The position numbers and the translations under genes were made by a program. A DNA stretch of 32,000 nt from Vulcanisaeta distributa DSM 14429 (GTDB lineage Archaea; Thermoproteota; Thermoprotei; Thermoproteales; Thermocladiaceae). Shown here one piece after another: positions 1 to 10,064 of this stretch. Numbering within the stretch: position 1 is the first letter of the stretch; every line of letters begins with the position of its first letter. The stretch spans positions 660,001 to 692,000 of the forward strand of contig NC_014537.1 of NCBI RefSeq assembly GCF_000148385.1. The letters run 5' to 3'. A model generated the notes under the pieces. That model saw only the letters and a list, made by a program, of their open reading frames with translations, ran no database searches and was not told the origin of the DNA.

Positions 1-714
1 GGGCCTTGAGTAGATCATTGATAGGTTAATGCCGAACTCCGCAAAGGGCTTCAACGCATTAAATAGGGAACCCGGCCTATTGGGTACTGAGAATATTGCC
101 AATGTCCTATCCCCCGACCTGTTCATGTGCCTTGAGATCACCAGGAACCTCGTGTAGTTTGGGTTATCCTCAATGCCACAAACCAGTGGTTTAAGCCCGT
201 AAAGCTCGGCCCCAATCCTAGACGCAATCGCCGCCCTATGCCTATGCCCCTTAATTAGCCTTAGCGCCTCCGAAGTTGATTGCGTATAACTTATTGATGC
301 ATTTAACCTGGTTATGAAGTTGAGCGCCTCATTAATTGCATGTGGGTGTGAGTAAACCTCCCTAATCTCGCTCAGTTCAACACCATCATTAACCACTAGG
401 CATAGGGTTACCCTGTGATCAATGGCGTAATTAACATAGACATTCCACCTAACCAGGGCATCCATGGACTCACCAACAACCCCCGCCTGATTATTCTCTA
501 TGGGTATTACACCGAAGCCATAATCACCCTGGTAAACACCCCTAACCACATCACTTATTGACCTGAGTGGCGTGAGTACCGCCCCCTTACCAAACAATTG
601 AACTGCAACCTCATGGGAGTAACTACCCTCAGGCCCCAGGTAGGCAATCCTATCATTATTAATTAATAACTCACTCACAAACCTGAGGAGTAACGGATCA
701 TGAATTGACTGCAT
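1..714 (-). CDS. pheA: prephenate dehydratase (PDT domain plus start of ACT domain); 3' end runs off the window
   Basis: Not in the supplied ORF track because it is open to the window edge. My reverse-strand translation from the ATG at 714 gives MQSIHDPLLLRFVSELLINNDRIAYLGPEGSYSHEVAVQLF...GVIPIENNQAGVV...SHPHAINEA...NYTRFLVISR...ALKPFAEFGINLSMIYSRP. AYLGPEGSYSH, TRFLVI and the SRP end are PDT/ACT hallmarks. The frame stays open upstream to 822, so TTG at 774 is an alternative start. Confidence 0.8.
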   Translation of the reverse strand, partial: MQSIHDPLLLRFVSELLINNDRIAYLGPEGSYSHEVAVQLFGKGAVLTPLRSISDVVRGVYQGDYGFGVIPIENNQAGVVGESMDALVRWNVYVNYAIDHRVTLCLVVNDGVELSEIREVYSHPHAINEALNFITRLNASISYTQSTSEALRLIKGHRHRAAIASRIGAELYGLKPLVCGIEDNPNYTRFLVISRHMNRSGDRTLAIFSVPNRPGSLFNALKPFAEFGINLSMIYSRP

Positions 715-902
715 AAGCTCCGTAACCCTCACAACACCCCCATACTTAATTAATAAATCCCTCAACCTGCCCAACTCCTCCTCAACCCTAACTATTGCGG
801 TAATTAGCTCTGAAATTCCTGGTTAACCACGTAATTACCTATTGACTATACTTTATAAATATTACCATGGCATTAACTACTTATTATATTTTCAATCGGC
901 AA

Positions 903-3143
903 TTACCTATAAAGGACGTCCTCGCCTGCGAGCTTAACCATGAGCATGTCCCTAACCCTACCACTTAATGCCCTGAGTAATTCCCTATTGCCAATTATTG
1001 ACTGTAATGAGTATATGCCGGCTGCACCAAGGAGTTGGGCAATCTCCCTCTTAATGCCCGTTAGGAACCTCATTAGCCTAAGCCTAAAGTCCTCAATACT
1101 CTCATAACCATGCAGAGCCCTCTCCACAAAACCGCTTATGATGACCGCATCCGCGCCAAGGGCCACCAACTTAACAATATCACCACTACTCCTAACGCTG
1201 GGCATGTGTATTATCAAGTCCACGTAATCCCTAACACCCCTCCTCCTAAGCTCCAAATCAAGCCTCACCAGGATTGCCTCTGGGTGGTCATCACTAACGT
1301 CAATTATCACGCCACTAAACCGACTAACACCCCTCACCAACTCATTCACCGCATTACTAACCTCATCAACACCTGTGACCTTCAGGTACGTGGGCACGTC
1401 AATGCCAGACCCAACCCGCCCTGCATGATCAATCACAAGCGCGCCCAAGCCATTCACGTACCTATCCCACATAACTCTCATCAAGTGCTTATTATCTGTC
1501 ACGTCCACGCCCTCGAGATCTATCATCACGGAGTTCGCCCTGACCACGAATTTAGCGGCCTTAATGAGGTCATCATCCCAGGTCCTTGGAGGCTTAATTA
1601 TCACTGGCATGGAGAGCCACAGCCTACCGCCGGCGAGTATCGTTGAGACGTCTATGTCCTCCCTATATGGGTCTATGGCTGGCTTCGTGACTTGGGCACC
1701 ATCAAACCTAAGCCAATCAATCAACCTCTTCGGAGGCTCAACCTCAGGGGGTCCATTACTACCCATGCTGACTATGACCACGTCACCGCTCCTCACGAGT
1801 TGTGTCACGTATATTGAGTAGTCAGGGGTCCAGACATCGCCCTTGCTCGTAATATCACCATCACCGGTATCGCAATTTACGCTCTTAATGCCCAGCACCC
1901 TAGCCGTGACCTCATCAATACAGTGACCCCGTAATAGGTCCCTCCTACCCACAAGCCTCCTAACATCGTCAATACCCAGGTGGTCCAGGATTAACCTTAA
2001 TTCCTCCATAAACGCCACTAGGAAGTTCCTTGAGGACCTTAGTGCGAATTCGTAATCAACAATCACAGACCCATCGGCAATTTTACTTGTTATCCCCGCC
2101 GGGCAATTACCCCTATGGCATGTCCTAGCCATGGCGCACCCCATGGATATCAGTAGGGCTGTTCCAAGGGCGATAGCGTCCGCACCAAGGGCCATGAGCT
2201 TCGCCGCATCATCCGCCGTGGAGACCCTGCCGGAGGCTATTAATGTAATTCTATCCCTCAGACCCTCCTCCCTGAGCATCCTATCGGCGGAGGCCACGGC
2301 TAACTCAATGGGTATGCCCACGTTATCCCTAACCACCAATGGCGTGGCCCCCGTACCAGCCCCATGACCATCGATTATTACACCATCGGCGCCCATCCTG
2401 GCTATGCCCGTAACTATGTACGGCGTATAATTTGTGGCGGCGATCTTCACAAACACGGGCTTACCCGTCGCCTCCTTAAGCGCGTCAATCCTTTGCTTCA
2501 AGTCCTCGATGGAGTATATGTCATGGTGTGGCGCGGGCGATAGTGCATCAACACCCACTGGTATCCTCCTGACCTGGGATATGACCGAGGTAACCTTGGA
2601 GCCAGGTAGGTGACCGCCAATGCCGGGCTTTGCACCCTGCCCGATCTTAATTACTATGCCCATGCCAGCCATCAACGTGTTTATGTCAACGCCAAACCTA
2701 GCCGAAGCCCATTGAACAAATATTCTCCTATGCCTAGCAACCTCTGGGTGAAGCCCACCTTCCCCGGTGCCGCTGATGAGCATCAACTCATCAGCGAGCT
2801 CCGCCTCTACGACATTTGGGACCCCGGCGAGGGACCCAAAGGACATGTCTGCCAGGTATATGGGTGCGGATACCTCAATACCCCCTATGAACGACGTGAG
2901 GCTAGCCCTGCCCCTCTCATTACCCACCAACCTAATTTCGTCAATTCCAAAATCAACATTATCAAGAATCCTAAACCTCCTAACACCCCTCCTAAATACC
3001 CTAATTGGCCTACCGTGCATTGCCATCTCCCTAATCTCCTCAACAACGCCACTATGCCAGAAGTCGCTTGTTGGCCCCTTATTCGTCAACCTAATGAAGT
3101 CTTTAATTACCTGCCTGGGCCTTATATTGATTATATAATTCAT
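903..3143 (-). CDS. glutamate synthase large-subunit-like protein: FMN/Fe-S barrel (GltB domain 2) followed by a degenerate second copy of the same module
   Basis: 746-aa ORF. Residues ~65-440 carry LSPAPHHDIYSIEDL, GHGAGTGAT and GRVSTADDAAKLMALGADAIALGTALLISMGC..CHRGNCPAGI, typical of the glutamate synthase FMN domain. Residues ~475-746 align collinearly with the first module but lack the catalytic and Cys motifs. Confidence 0.8.
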   Translation of the reverse strand: MNYIINIRPRQVIKDFIRLTNKGPTSDFWHSGVVEEIREMAMHGRPIRVFRRGVRRFRILDNVDFGIDEIRLVGNERGRASLTSFIGGIEVSAPIYLADMSFGSLAGVPNVVEAELADELMLISGTGEGGLHPEVARHRRIFVQWASARFGVDINTLMAGMGIVIKIGQGAKPGIGGHLPGSKVTSVISQVRRIPVGVDALSPAPHHDIYSIEDLKQRIDALKEATGKPVFVKIAATNYTPYIVTGIARMGADGVIIDGHGAGTGATPLVVRDNVGIPIELAVASADRMLREEGLRDRITLIASGRVSTADDAAKLMALGADAIALGTALLISMGCAMARTCHRGNCPAGITSKIADGSVIVDYEFALRSSRNFLVAFMEELRLILDHLGIDDVRRLVGRRDLLRGHCIDEVTARVLGIKSVNCDTGDGDITSKGDVWTPDYSIYVTQLVRSGDVVIVSMGSNGPPEVEPPKRLIDWLRFDGAQVTKPAIDPYREDIDVSTILAGGRLWLSMPVIIKPPRTWDDDLIKAAKFVVRANSVMIDLEGVDVTDNKHLMRVMWDRYVNGLGALVIDHAGRVGSGIDVPTYLKVTGVDEVSNAVNELVRGVSRFSGVIIDVSDDHPEAILVRLDLELRRRGVRDYVDLIIHMPSVRSSGDIVKLVALGADAVIISGFVERALHGYESIEDFRLRLMRFLTGIKREIAQLLGAAGIYSLQSIIGNRELLRALSGRVRDMLMVKLAGEDVLYR

Positions 3144-3215
3144 TCAATGGTAAATCAATAACCTATTTATAAATATTACTAACCTATCTAAGTAATATAT
3201 CAAAACTGTTAAGCA

Positions 3216-5204
3216 TTACTCAGCGGTTATGATTGTGTATTTAGAGCCTAGTAAATAATCAATTATTGACTCATTTAGATTGAAATCATGGGCGAACTTA
3301 CGTAGTATGGGCTCCAACTCCCTAACCTCGTCTTTATTCAGGTCTCTATACTCAATACTATTCCTCCTGACGTGCTCTGAACGCATTAACACATTGAGTA
3401 GCTTATTGATTTCGTCCTGCCCCAATCCCTCATCCTTTGATGCATCGAGGAATTCCCTGAGCTCGGAGTAAGATACTGTTAGGCCTACTTTATTCTCAGG
3501 TACTCTGCCCCTGATGTATATCCTGCCACCCACCATGCCACTACCCACGTGCTTACCGACCAATTGAATATTGCACTTATTCAGTGAGTCGATCCCGAGA
3601 ACCATGATTACACCACCCGCCATGTACTCACCGAGGTAATCATCAACCCTACCACCAATTATTAAGTAAGGCCTCCTATCACGGTACTCACGCATTTGAA
3701 TACCAGCCCTATTACCCGCGTTGCCCCTAACGAAGACCTCACCACCCTGCAGCGCCTGGGCTAGTATGTCCCTGGCGTCGCCATGTATTACCACCCTACC
3801 GCCGTGCATTGTGTCGGCAACGTCGTCCTGGGCATTACCATAAACCACAAACTCAACGCCATTATTCAGATTGGCCAATGAATTACCTGGGGTACCATAT
3901 ATCTCAACCCTGACATCCCTTATGCCGTGCCTCGGTAAGTTCACGCCTATGAATCTATGGCCCCTAACGTTTATGACCCTAATGACCCTATCACCACTCA
4001 ACGCCCTCCTTAGTATTTCCTCATTCAGCTCCCTATAGCTAAGGCCCTCGGCATTTATGGCATCCCTACCAACGTAGGTTGGAAACGACCTCTGCGGGAA
4101 GAAGGTATCGACCTCCTCCTTAGCCCTACCCCATGAAATAATACCACGCCTTAATGAGGCTATGAAGTACCCACCCGGTTCGAGAGTCCAAACCCTGGCG
4201 CTTGGCGACACAGTCCTAATGGCAGCCTCCTCACTGGCCACGTAATAGTAGTAATCATCCATACCCACAACGAGGGGTCTCAACTTAAACCTATCGACTA
4301 ATGCGATGAGGTAAAGATCGTCATTATGGTATATACCCATGAGTATTGCGAAGGGGCCGTCCAACATGGCCCACCTAAACTGCCTAATCAGTGATAGGGC
4401 ATTACCGTCAGTTGCATACTTAGGTGATGCACCAATTAGTATCTTTATGGCGTCCTCAATGCTAAGCCCATGCACATTAATTAGGTAATGCATTAGGTAT
4501 GCAGCTACCTCACTATCCGTACCCACGAACGAATTAAGGCCGTACCCATGGGATAGGGCATTCACGTGATTACCATAACTACTTAATTCGCCATTATGAA
4601 CCACGGCAATATCCCCAACGGAAAATGGATGCGACCAATACGGCAGGTAGCCAGGCGAATTGGTTGGGAATCTTGTGTGGGCGATCCATAGGTCTGCCGT
4701 GTACTTCTCTATTCCATACGCGGACGCTATTTCGCTTGGGTAACCAACGCCCTTAAACACATTAACATGCTCGCCCCAGTAATAGACCCTGCCAGCCCTA
4801 TCCTCCCACAACAGGTCATTAATGGAATTAACAATGCTCGTAAAATTAGAGCTGGACTTAGCATTGTTGAGGACCCTAACCTCCAAATCTATTATTGGCC
4901 CTAGCTTATTCCTAACCCTCACATCCATTAGGTCGATATCATTATCCCTCATCACAGACTTAATCGTGTCCATCGCATTACTCATTAATTCTCCCTTAAC
5001 AAAAATGCCCATCCTAAGGCCCATGGATTCTTTATTAAATAGGGCAAAGCCTGAACCTAGCCCTGCACCCCTGAATTTGATGCTCTCTATAGCCCTGGCC
5101 ACAAGATCACCATTAACCCTATCAGAACCCTCACCACGCCTAATAACACCAAATATTCCGCAATCCATGGGATACTTGACGATAAATACCATATGTATTG
5201 GCAA
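3216..5204 (-). CDS. glutamate synthase-like fusion: class II (Ntn) glutamine amidotransferase domain + GXGXG beta-helix domain (GltB domains 1 and 3)
   Basis: 662-aa ORF. The N-terminus has MDCGIFGV (Ntn Cys), HTRFPTNS and HNGELSSYG. The C-terminal ~250 aa has the GXGXG-domain repeat pattern (GNAQDDVADTMHGGRVVIHGDARDILAQALQGGEVFVRGNAGNRAG...GEYMAGGVIMVLG). The ATG at 5168 (MDCGIFGV) is a more likely start than 5204. Confidence 0.8.
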   Translation of the reverse strand: MPIHMVFIVKYPMDCGIFGVIRRGEGSDRVNGDLVARAIESIKFRGAGLGSGFALFNKESMGLRMGIFVKGELMSNAMDTIKSVMRDNDIDLMDVRVRNKLGPIIDLEVRVLNNAKSSSNFTSIVNSINDLLWEDRAGRVYYWGEHVNVFKGVGYPSEIASAYGIEKYTADLWIAHTRFPTNSPGYLPYWSHPFSVGDIAVVHNGELSSYGNHVNALSHGYGLNSFVGTDSEVAAYLMHYLINVHGLSIEDAIKILIGASPKYATDGNALSLIRQFRWAMLDGPFAILMGIYHNDDLYLIALVDRFKLRPLVVGMDDYYYYVASEEAAIRTVSPSARVWTLEPGGYFIASLRRGIISWGRAKEEVDTFFPQRSFPTYVGRDAINAEGLSYRELNEEILRRALSGDRVIRVINVRGHRFIGVNLPRHGIRDVRVEIYGTPGNSLANLNNGVEFVVYGNAQDDVADTMHGGRVVIHGDARDILAQALQGGEVFVRGNAGNRAGIQMREYRDRRPYLIIGGRVDDYLGEYMAGGVIMVLGIDSLNKCNIQLVGKHVGSGMVGGRIYIRGRVPENKVGLTVSYSELREFLDASKDEGLGQDEINKLLNVLMRSEHVRRNSIEYRDLNKDEVRELEPILRKFAHDFNLNESIIDYLLGSKYTIITAE

Positions 5205-5394
5205 TAAATAAGCATATGTAAGGAGTATTTAAGTTTTATATTTCTTAGGGGATTTGTAAATAAGTTATTTTTATTCCCTGGACGCTTATATATTAAATAC
5301 TTGATGAAAATAACCGGGAATACATATGATTATTTCCAAAAATTAATTACAACATATAATTAGATATTTATCGATAATATTAACAGTTAATGAT

Positions 5395-6402
5395 TCAGAT
5401 GCGCTTAATGACCTCCGCAGTAAAGGATTCAGTAGTATAATTGCCTCCTAGGTCGGGCGTGTGTATTCCCTGGCTTAGGGCGTTGATTACGGCATTTTCA
5501 ATGGCATTCCCTGCCATCACATAATTATTATTTCCCGTCTTTTCACCATACCACCTGAGCATCCATGCAGTACTTAGTATCATCGCCGTGGGGTTTGCAA
5601 TCCCCTTACCGGCTATGTCGAAGGCTGCGCCGTGTATTGGCTCGAACAATGCCTTATTATCGCCCACGTTGGCTGAGGGCGCGAGCCCTATGCTGCCGGT
5701 TACGTAGGCCGCCAAATCGCTTAGTATATCGCCATATAGGTTTGTCGTGACTATGATGTCGAAGTCCTGGGGCCTCCTGACGAGATCCATGACCGCTGCA
5801 TCTATGTACATTTCATTAATTGCCACCTCAGGATACTCCCTCGCAACTTCCCTAACGACACTCCTGAATAGGCCGTCTGACACCGTCAGTACATTGGCCT
5901 TATGCACGATGGTGACCCTCCTACGCCTAGTCCTCGCCATGTTGAGGGCCACCCTGGCAATGCGTTCACTGGCCCTCCTTGTTATTACCCTAAGGGCCAC
6001 TGCCGTGTCATTGCTAAGCATGTACTCGGCCCTCACGTAGACATCCTCGGTATTCTCACGCACTATGACTAAGTCCACGCCGTCTCTAACCGCCTTAATC
6101 CCTGGGTAATTCCTCGCAGGCCTGATGTTAGCATATAGATCGAGCCCCCTCCTTAATTTAACAACTACATCACCCGCACTCTCACCAACAGGACCCTTCA
6201 GTATTGCTTCGGCATTCTCTATCATTGGCCAGTACCTACTTGGTAATGCCTCCCCATACTTCCTAATTGCATTATCGCCGGCCTCAACGTAGGCAATATC
6301 GATGTTTAAGCCGTACTTAGACGCAGCCATCTTAAGAACTTCAATGGCTGACCTGGTCACCTCAGGCCCAATGCCGTCACCCTCAATTACGGCTATCCTC
6401 AT
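5395..6402 (-). CDS. leuB: 3-isopropylmalate dehydrogenase / homoisocitrate dehydrogenase family (beta-decarboxylating dehydrogenase)
   Basis: 335 aa with MRIAVIEGDGIGPEV, LVIVRENTEDVY, NLYGDILSDLAA and GLAPSANVG..ALFEPIHGAAFDIAGKGIANP. The BCAA gene neighbourhood supports the call. Confidence 0.85.
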   Translation of the reverse strand: MRIAVIEGDGIGPEVTRSAIEVLKMAASKYGLNIDIAYVEAGDNAIRKYGEALPSRYWPMIENAEAILKGPVGESAGDVVVKLRRGLDLYANIRPARNYPGIKAVRDGVDLVIVRENTEDVYVRAEYMLSNDTAVALRVITRRASERIARVALNMARTRRRRVTIVHKANVLTVSDGLFRSVVREVAREYPEVAINEMYIDAAVMDLVRRPQDFDIIVTTNLYGDILSDLAAYVTGSIGLAPSANVGDNKALFEPIHGAAFDIAGKGIANPTAMILSTAWMLRWYGEKTGNNNYVMAGNAIENAVINALSQGIHTPDLGGNYTTESFTAEVIKRI

Positions 6403-6502
6403 CGGGAGTAATTACATAGCCTATTTTTATGTATTGCCAACCTATAGAAAGTACTGATAATTCTAGATTAGCACTTAAAAATTCAAATCGTATGATTAAG
6501 CG

Positions 6503-6850
6503 ATGGCCCTACTTAAGTATGAGGAATCCAATTGGGAAAGGCTTGGAAATTTAATCTATAGAAAACACATGCACGGACTCAGGGTGACAGTTGCCCAATT
6601 CAAGCTGCTAAAGGGCTCCGTCGTCAAACCGCACTCCCATACCCATGAGCAGGTCTCGATAGTGGTCAAAGGCAGATTGAGGTTTACTGTGGATAATGAG
6701 GTGTACATAGCGGAGCCCGGTGATGTAGTTCATATACCCCCGAATACTATACATAGTGTTGAGGCTCTTGAGGATTCGCTCGTAATCGATGTTTACTCAC
6801 CAATTAGAGATGATTGGTTGAGGGGTGAGGATAGGTATTTGAGGGAGTAG
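6503..6850 (+). CDS. small cupin-domain protein
   Basis: 115 aa. The cupin motifs are HSHTHEQVSIVVKGRLRF and GDVVHIPPNTIHSVEA. ATG start, in an AT-rich upstream region. Confidence 0.7.
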   Translation: MALLKYEESNWERLGNLIYRKHMHGLRVTVAQFKLLKGSVVKPHSHTHEQVSIVVKGRLRFTVDNEVYIAEPGDVVHIPPNTIHSVEALEDSLVIDVYSPIRDDWLRGEDRYLRE

Positions 6851-6892
6851 GGTACTCTAAATTTTGAATGAAGCAAAATACTCATCGCAGTT

Positions 6893-8026
6893 TCAGTTCA
6901 ATTTGTCGTTACCGTGATTAAGCACCTCCATCACTATGCGCTTAATATCCTCCTCAGAAGCCCTAATGCCCATGTCACCCAACTCCTTAACCCTCCTTAG
7001 CACTGCACTAACAATGTCATCGCGTGGCTCAATACCCATGGACTTAAGGACATAAATTATCGAATGCCTACCACTGTGCTTTCCAACGACTATCCTCCTA
7101 TTCATACCCACTGCTCCCGGGTCTATTGGCTCGTATGTTAGTGGGTTCGAGAGGACTCCGTGAACGTGGATACCAGACTCATGCGAAAAGGCGTTAGCCC
7201 CAACAATGGCCTTGTTGGGTGGTACAGGTATCCCAAAGAGCTTAGAGACTAAATCAGAAACCTCCTTAATCTTCTCGAACCTGATCCCAACATCATAATT
7301 AAGTAGGAACCTCACGGCAGCCGCGATCTCCTCAAGCGCCGCATTGCCTGCTCTCTCGCCAACACCGTTTATAGTTCCATGGGCCTGGTCAGCCCCAGCC
7401 TCAATGGCAGCCACGCTATTTGCCACGGCCATCCCAAAGTCATCGTGACAATGCACACTCAGTAAGTAATTGCCCCTAACATTCTCCCTAACGAACCTAA
7501 CGAGTGATGCCATCTTACTTGGCCACATCACGCCTACGGTATCCGCAATATCGAGCCTATCAGCACCCGCATTAACAACCTCCTGGAAAACCCTGACCAG
7601 GAACTTAGGGTCACTCCTCGTCGCATCCTCCGCGCTGAATTCCACGGTTAGGCCATGGGACTTTGCATAACTTACTGCGTTCACGGCTGCCTCAACCACC
7701 TCCTCCCTATTCATCCTGAGTTTATACCTCATGTGTAGGTCTGACGTGGCTATGAAAATGTGTATGGCATTCACGTCGGCATCAATCGCCTTATCAATAT
7801 CCTCCCTCCTGGTCCTCGCCAACGCAATAACTTCCGAATTACTTACCTCCCTGGCTATTGACTTAACGGCCCTAAACTCACCCTCACTAACTATTGGAAA
7901 GCCAGCCTCAATAGAGTCGACACCCAACTCCTCAAGCTTTAACGCAATTAGTAACTTATCCTCGGGTTTCAGGGCAACACCAGGGGTTTGCTCACCATCC
8001 CTGAGCGTCGTATCTAACAGTCTCAC
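6893..8026 (-). CDS. 2-isopropylmalate synthase / homocitrate synthase family enzyme, short form without the C-terminal LeuA-dimer regulatory domain
   Basis: 377 aa with MRLLDTTLRDGEQTPGV, HCHDDFGMAVANSVAAIEAGA, GTINGVGERAGNAALEE and HESGIHVHG (DRE-TIM metallolyase fold). Substrate (IPMS or HCS) cannot be decided from sequence alone. Confidence 0.8.
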   Translation of the reverse strand: MRLLDTTLRDGEQTPGVALKPEDKLLIALKLEELGVDSIEAGFPIVSEGEFRAVKSIAREVSNSEVIALARTRREDIDKAIDADVNAIHIFIATSDLHMRYKLRMNREEVVEAAVNAVSYAKSHGLTVEFSAEDATRSDPKFLVRVFQEVVNAGADRLDIADTVGVMWPSKMASLVRFVRENVRGNYLLSVHCHDDFGMAVANSVAAIEAGADQAHGTINGVGERAGNAALEEIAAAVRFLLNYDVGIRFEKIKEVSDLVSKLFGIPVPPNKAIVGANAFSHESGIHVHGVLSNPLTYEPIDPGAVGMNRRIVVGKHSGRHSIIYVLKSMGIEPRDDIVSAVLRRVKELGDMGIRASEEDIKRIVMEVLNHGNDKLN

Positions 8027-8315
8027 GTATTTATTTCCAGGGGAAGCCCTAACTACGTCTCCCTGAGCAATCTAACCCACCGGATCATGTAATAAAAATA
8101 CCTTATTTAAGTATTTCCCTAAGATATAGATTTAACCATAACCGATTAGTGATTCACATTATATTAGTTATATGGCGGAAAAGCTTAAATATTCTATAAA
8201 TTGACTTATGTCTGATGAGGTGCTTTATTCTTTACGTATGATGCGGATGAAAATAATAGGGAAAGTAATGAGTTGAGTCCGCGGTCAAACCATGCGGTGA
8301 TTATGCATGGAGTGA

Positions 8316-10064
8316 GTGCGTCGGGTGATTATAGTGCCTAGGGCCGTTGATTTATTGGTTAGGGAGATGGAGGGCATGGGCGTTAGGGAGGTCTTTGGCA
8401 TTATTGGTGGCCAGATAATGCCGTTCTTTGATGCGTTATATAACTCTGATATTAAGGTTTATATGTTTAGACATGAGCAGGGCGCAATACATGCCGCGGA
8501 CGCCTACGGCAGGGTCATGAAGAGGCCCATGACCGTGGTCGTCACGTCAGGTCCAGGCGCCACAAACCTACTCACTGGGCTTGCAAACGCAATGATGGAT
8601 TCATCACCACTAATAGCAATAACCGGTCAGGTCCCAACTGCGTTCTTCGGGAGGGATGCGTTTCAGGAGACGGACATAGTTGGCGCGACCATGCCGGTCA
8701 CCAAGCACACATTCATGGTTAAGAGACCTGAGGACTTAGTCCCCGTGTTTAGGGCTGCTTATGAAATATCGATTGACGGTAGGCCGGGTCCAGTCGTCAT
8801 AGACTTGCCGAGGGATGTGCAGTTAACGGATGTCGACCCAGCAATTGTTAGGGGTAGGGTGATAAGGATAGTCAGGAAGGCAATCCCAGAGCCCGACCCC
8901 TCATTAATTGCCTATGCACTTAAGCTACTCCTAACTGCCGAGAGGCCCGTGATGCTGGTTGGCGGTGGTGTTTGCTGGAGTGGGGCGACTAATGAGGTCT
9001 TGACCCTCGCCGAGCTAATGGGCATGCCCATAGTCACCACACTGCCAGGTAAGAACTGCGTGCCTAGTAACCACCCACTGGTTATGGGTCCCTCGGGGAT
9101 GCACGGTAGGCTTGAGGCCGATGCAGCCATAATAAATGCCGACGTAATACTCGCCGTAGGTACGAGATTCAGTGATAGGACTGTGGGCAACTTCAATGAG
9201 TTCAGGAGGGGTAGGAAGATAATACATATAGACATTGATAGGAGTGAGATTGGTAAGAATGTCAAGCCTGAGGTCGGTATTGTCGGTGACGCTAAGGCAG
9301 TCTTATCAACCATGATTAAGCTAGTGCCCAAAGCCCTTGAGAGAAGGCATGATGCGTTCATTAAGTGGTTAAGGAGTATTAAGGAGAGTTATGAGGAGTA
9401 TAGGAGGAGGGTCGACATTAATGGGTTCGCACCATGGAAGGTCCTGAAGGTCCTTAGGGAGGTGATGCCGCCGTACTCGATAACCACGACGGGGGTTGGT
9501 AGCCACCAGATGTGGTGTGAGCTTCACTGGGACGTCTATGTGCCTGGAACCTTCATAACAAGTGCGGGCCTTGGGACAATGGGGTTTGGATTACCCGCAG
9601 CCCTGGGTGCGAAGATTGCCAGGCCTGGCGTGCCCGTGCTCGATATTGATGGTGATGGGTCATTCCAAATGACTATGCAGAACCTAGCCCTTGTCCGCGA
9701 GTACGGCCTACCCGTGATAGTGACTATATTTGACAATTCAACACTCATGCTCGTTAGGCATTGGCAGGTAATGCTGTATAATAAGAGGATAATCGCCGTG
9801 GACTTCAACGTAAACCCAGACTTCATGAAGATTGCCGAGGCCTACGGGATAGAGGGCGTTAGGCCGAGTAGCTATGATGAGTTGAGGAGTGCTGTGGCGA
9901 GGGCCGTTAGGAATAATGAGGCGTTGATTGTTGACGTAACCATTGATAGGGAGAGGGACTTCGTGCTACCCTTCGTGCCATCGGGCAAGTGGCTTGAGGA
10001 GGTCATACTACCGGAGGGCTTTAGGATCGACCTTAGGTACCCAGGTGATGACTATGGAGGGTGA
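8316..10064 (+). CDS. ilvB: acetolactate synthase (acetohydroxyacid synthase) large subunit
   Basis: 582 aa, GTG start. It has the TPP-enzyme N-terminal pattern (FGIIGGQIMPFFDAL, HEQGAIHAADAYGR, TSGPGATNL) and the TPP-binding motif DGDGSFQMTMQNL. It is followed by ilvN and ilvC. Confidence 0.9.
   Translation: MRRVIIVPRAVDLLVREMEGMGVREVFGIIGGQIMPFFDALYNSDIKVYMFRHEQGAIHAADAYGRVMKRPMTVVVTSGPGATNLLTGLANAMMDSSPLIAITGQVPTAFFGRDAFQETDIVGATMPVTKHTFMVKRPEDLVPVFRAAYEISIDGRPGPVVIDLPRDVQLTDVDPAIVRGRVIRIVRKAIPEPDPSLIAYALKLLLTAERPVMLVGGGVCWSGATNEVLTLAELMGMPIVTTLPGKNCVPSNHPLVMGPSGMHGRLEADAAIINADVILAVGTRFSDRTVGNFNEFRRGRKIIHIDIDRSEIGKNVKPEVGIVGDAKAVLSTMIKLVPKALERRHDAFIKWLRSIKESYEEYRRRVDINGFAPWKVLKVLREVMPPYSITTTGVGSHQMWCELHWDVYVPGTFITSAGLGTMGFGLPAALGAKIARPGVPVLDIDGDGSFQMTMQNLALVREYGLPVIVTIFDNSTLMLVRHWQVMLYNKRIIAVDFNVNPDFMKIAEAYGIEGVRPSSYDELRSAVARAVRNNEALIVDVTIDRERDFVLPFVPSGKWLEEVILPEGFRIDLRYPGDDYGG

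Noticed and set aside
1110-3161. Several long plus-strand ORFs (178, 85, 78, 183 and 123 aa) overlapping the glutamate synthase-like gene
   Set aside because: They lie entirely antisense to a gene with strong family motifs. Their translations are low-complexity P/S/T/L/N-rich with no motifs, which is typical of shadow ORFs from codon bias.
8238-8276. 12-codon uORF (MMRMKIIGKVMS) upstream of ilvB, reminiscent of a BCAA leader peptide
   Set aside because: It has only two Ile and one Val, with no adjacent terminator/antiterminator structure. Attenuation of this type is not established in archaea, so it is probably chance in an AT-rich region.
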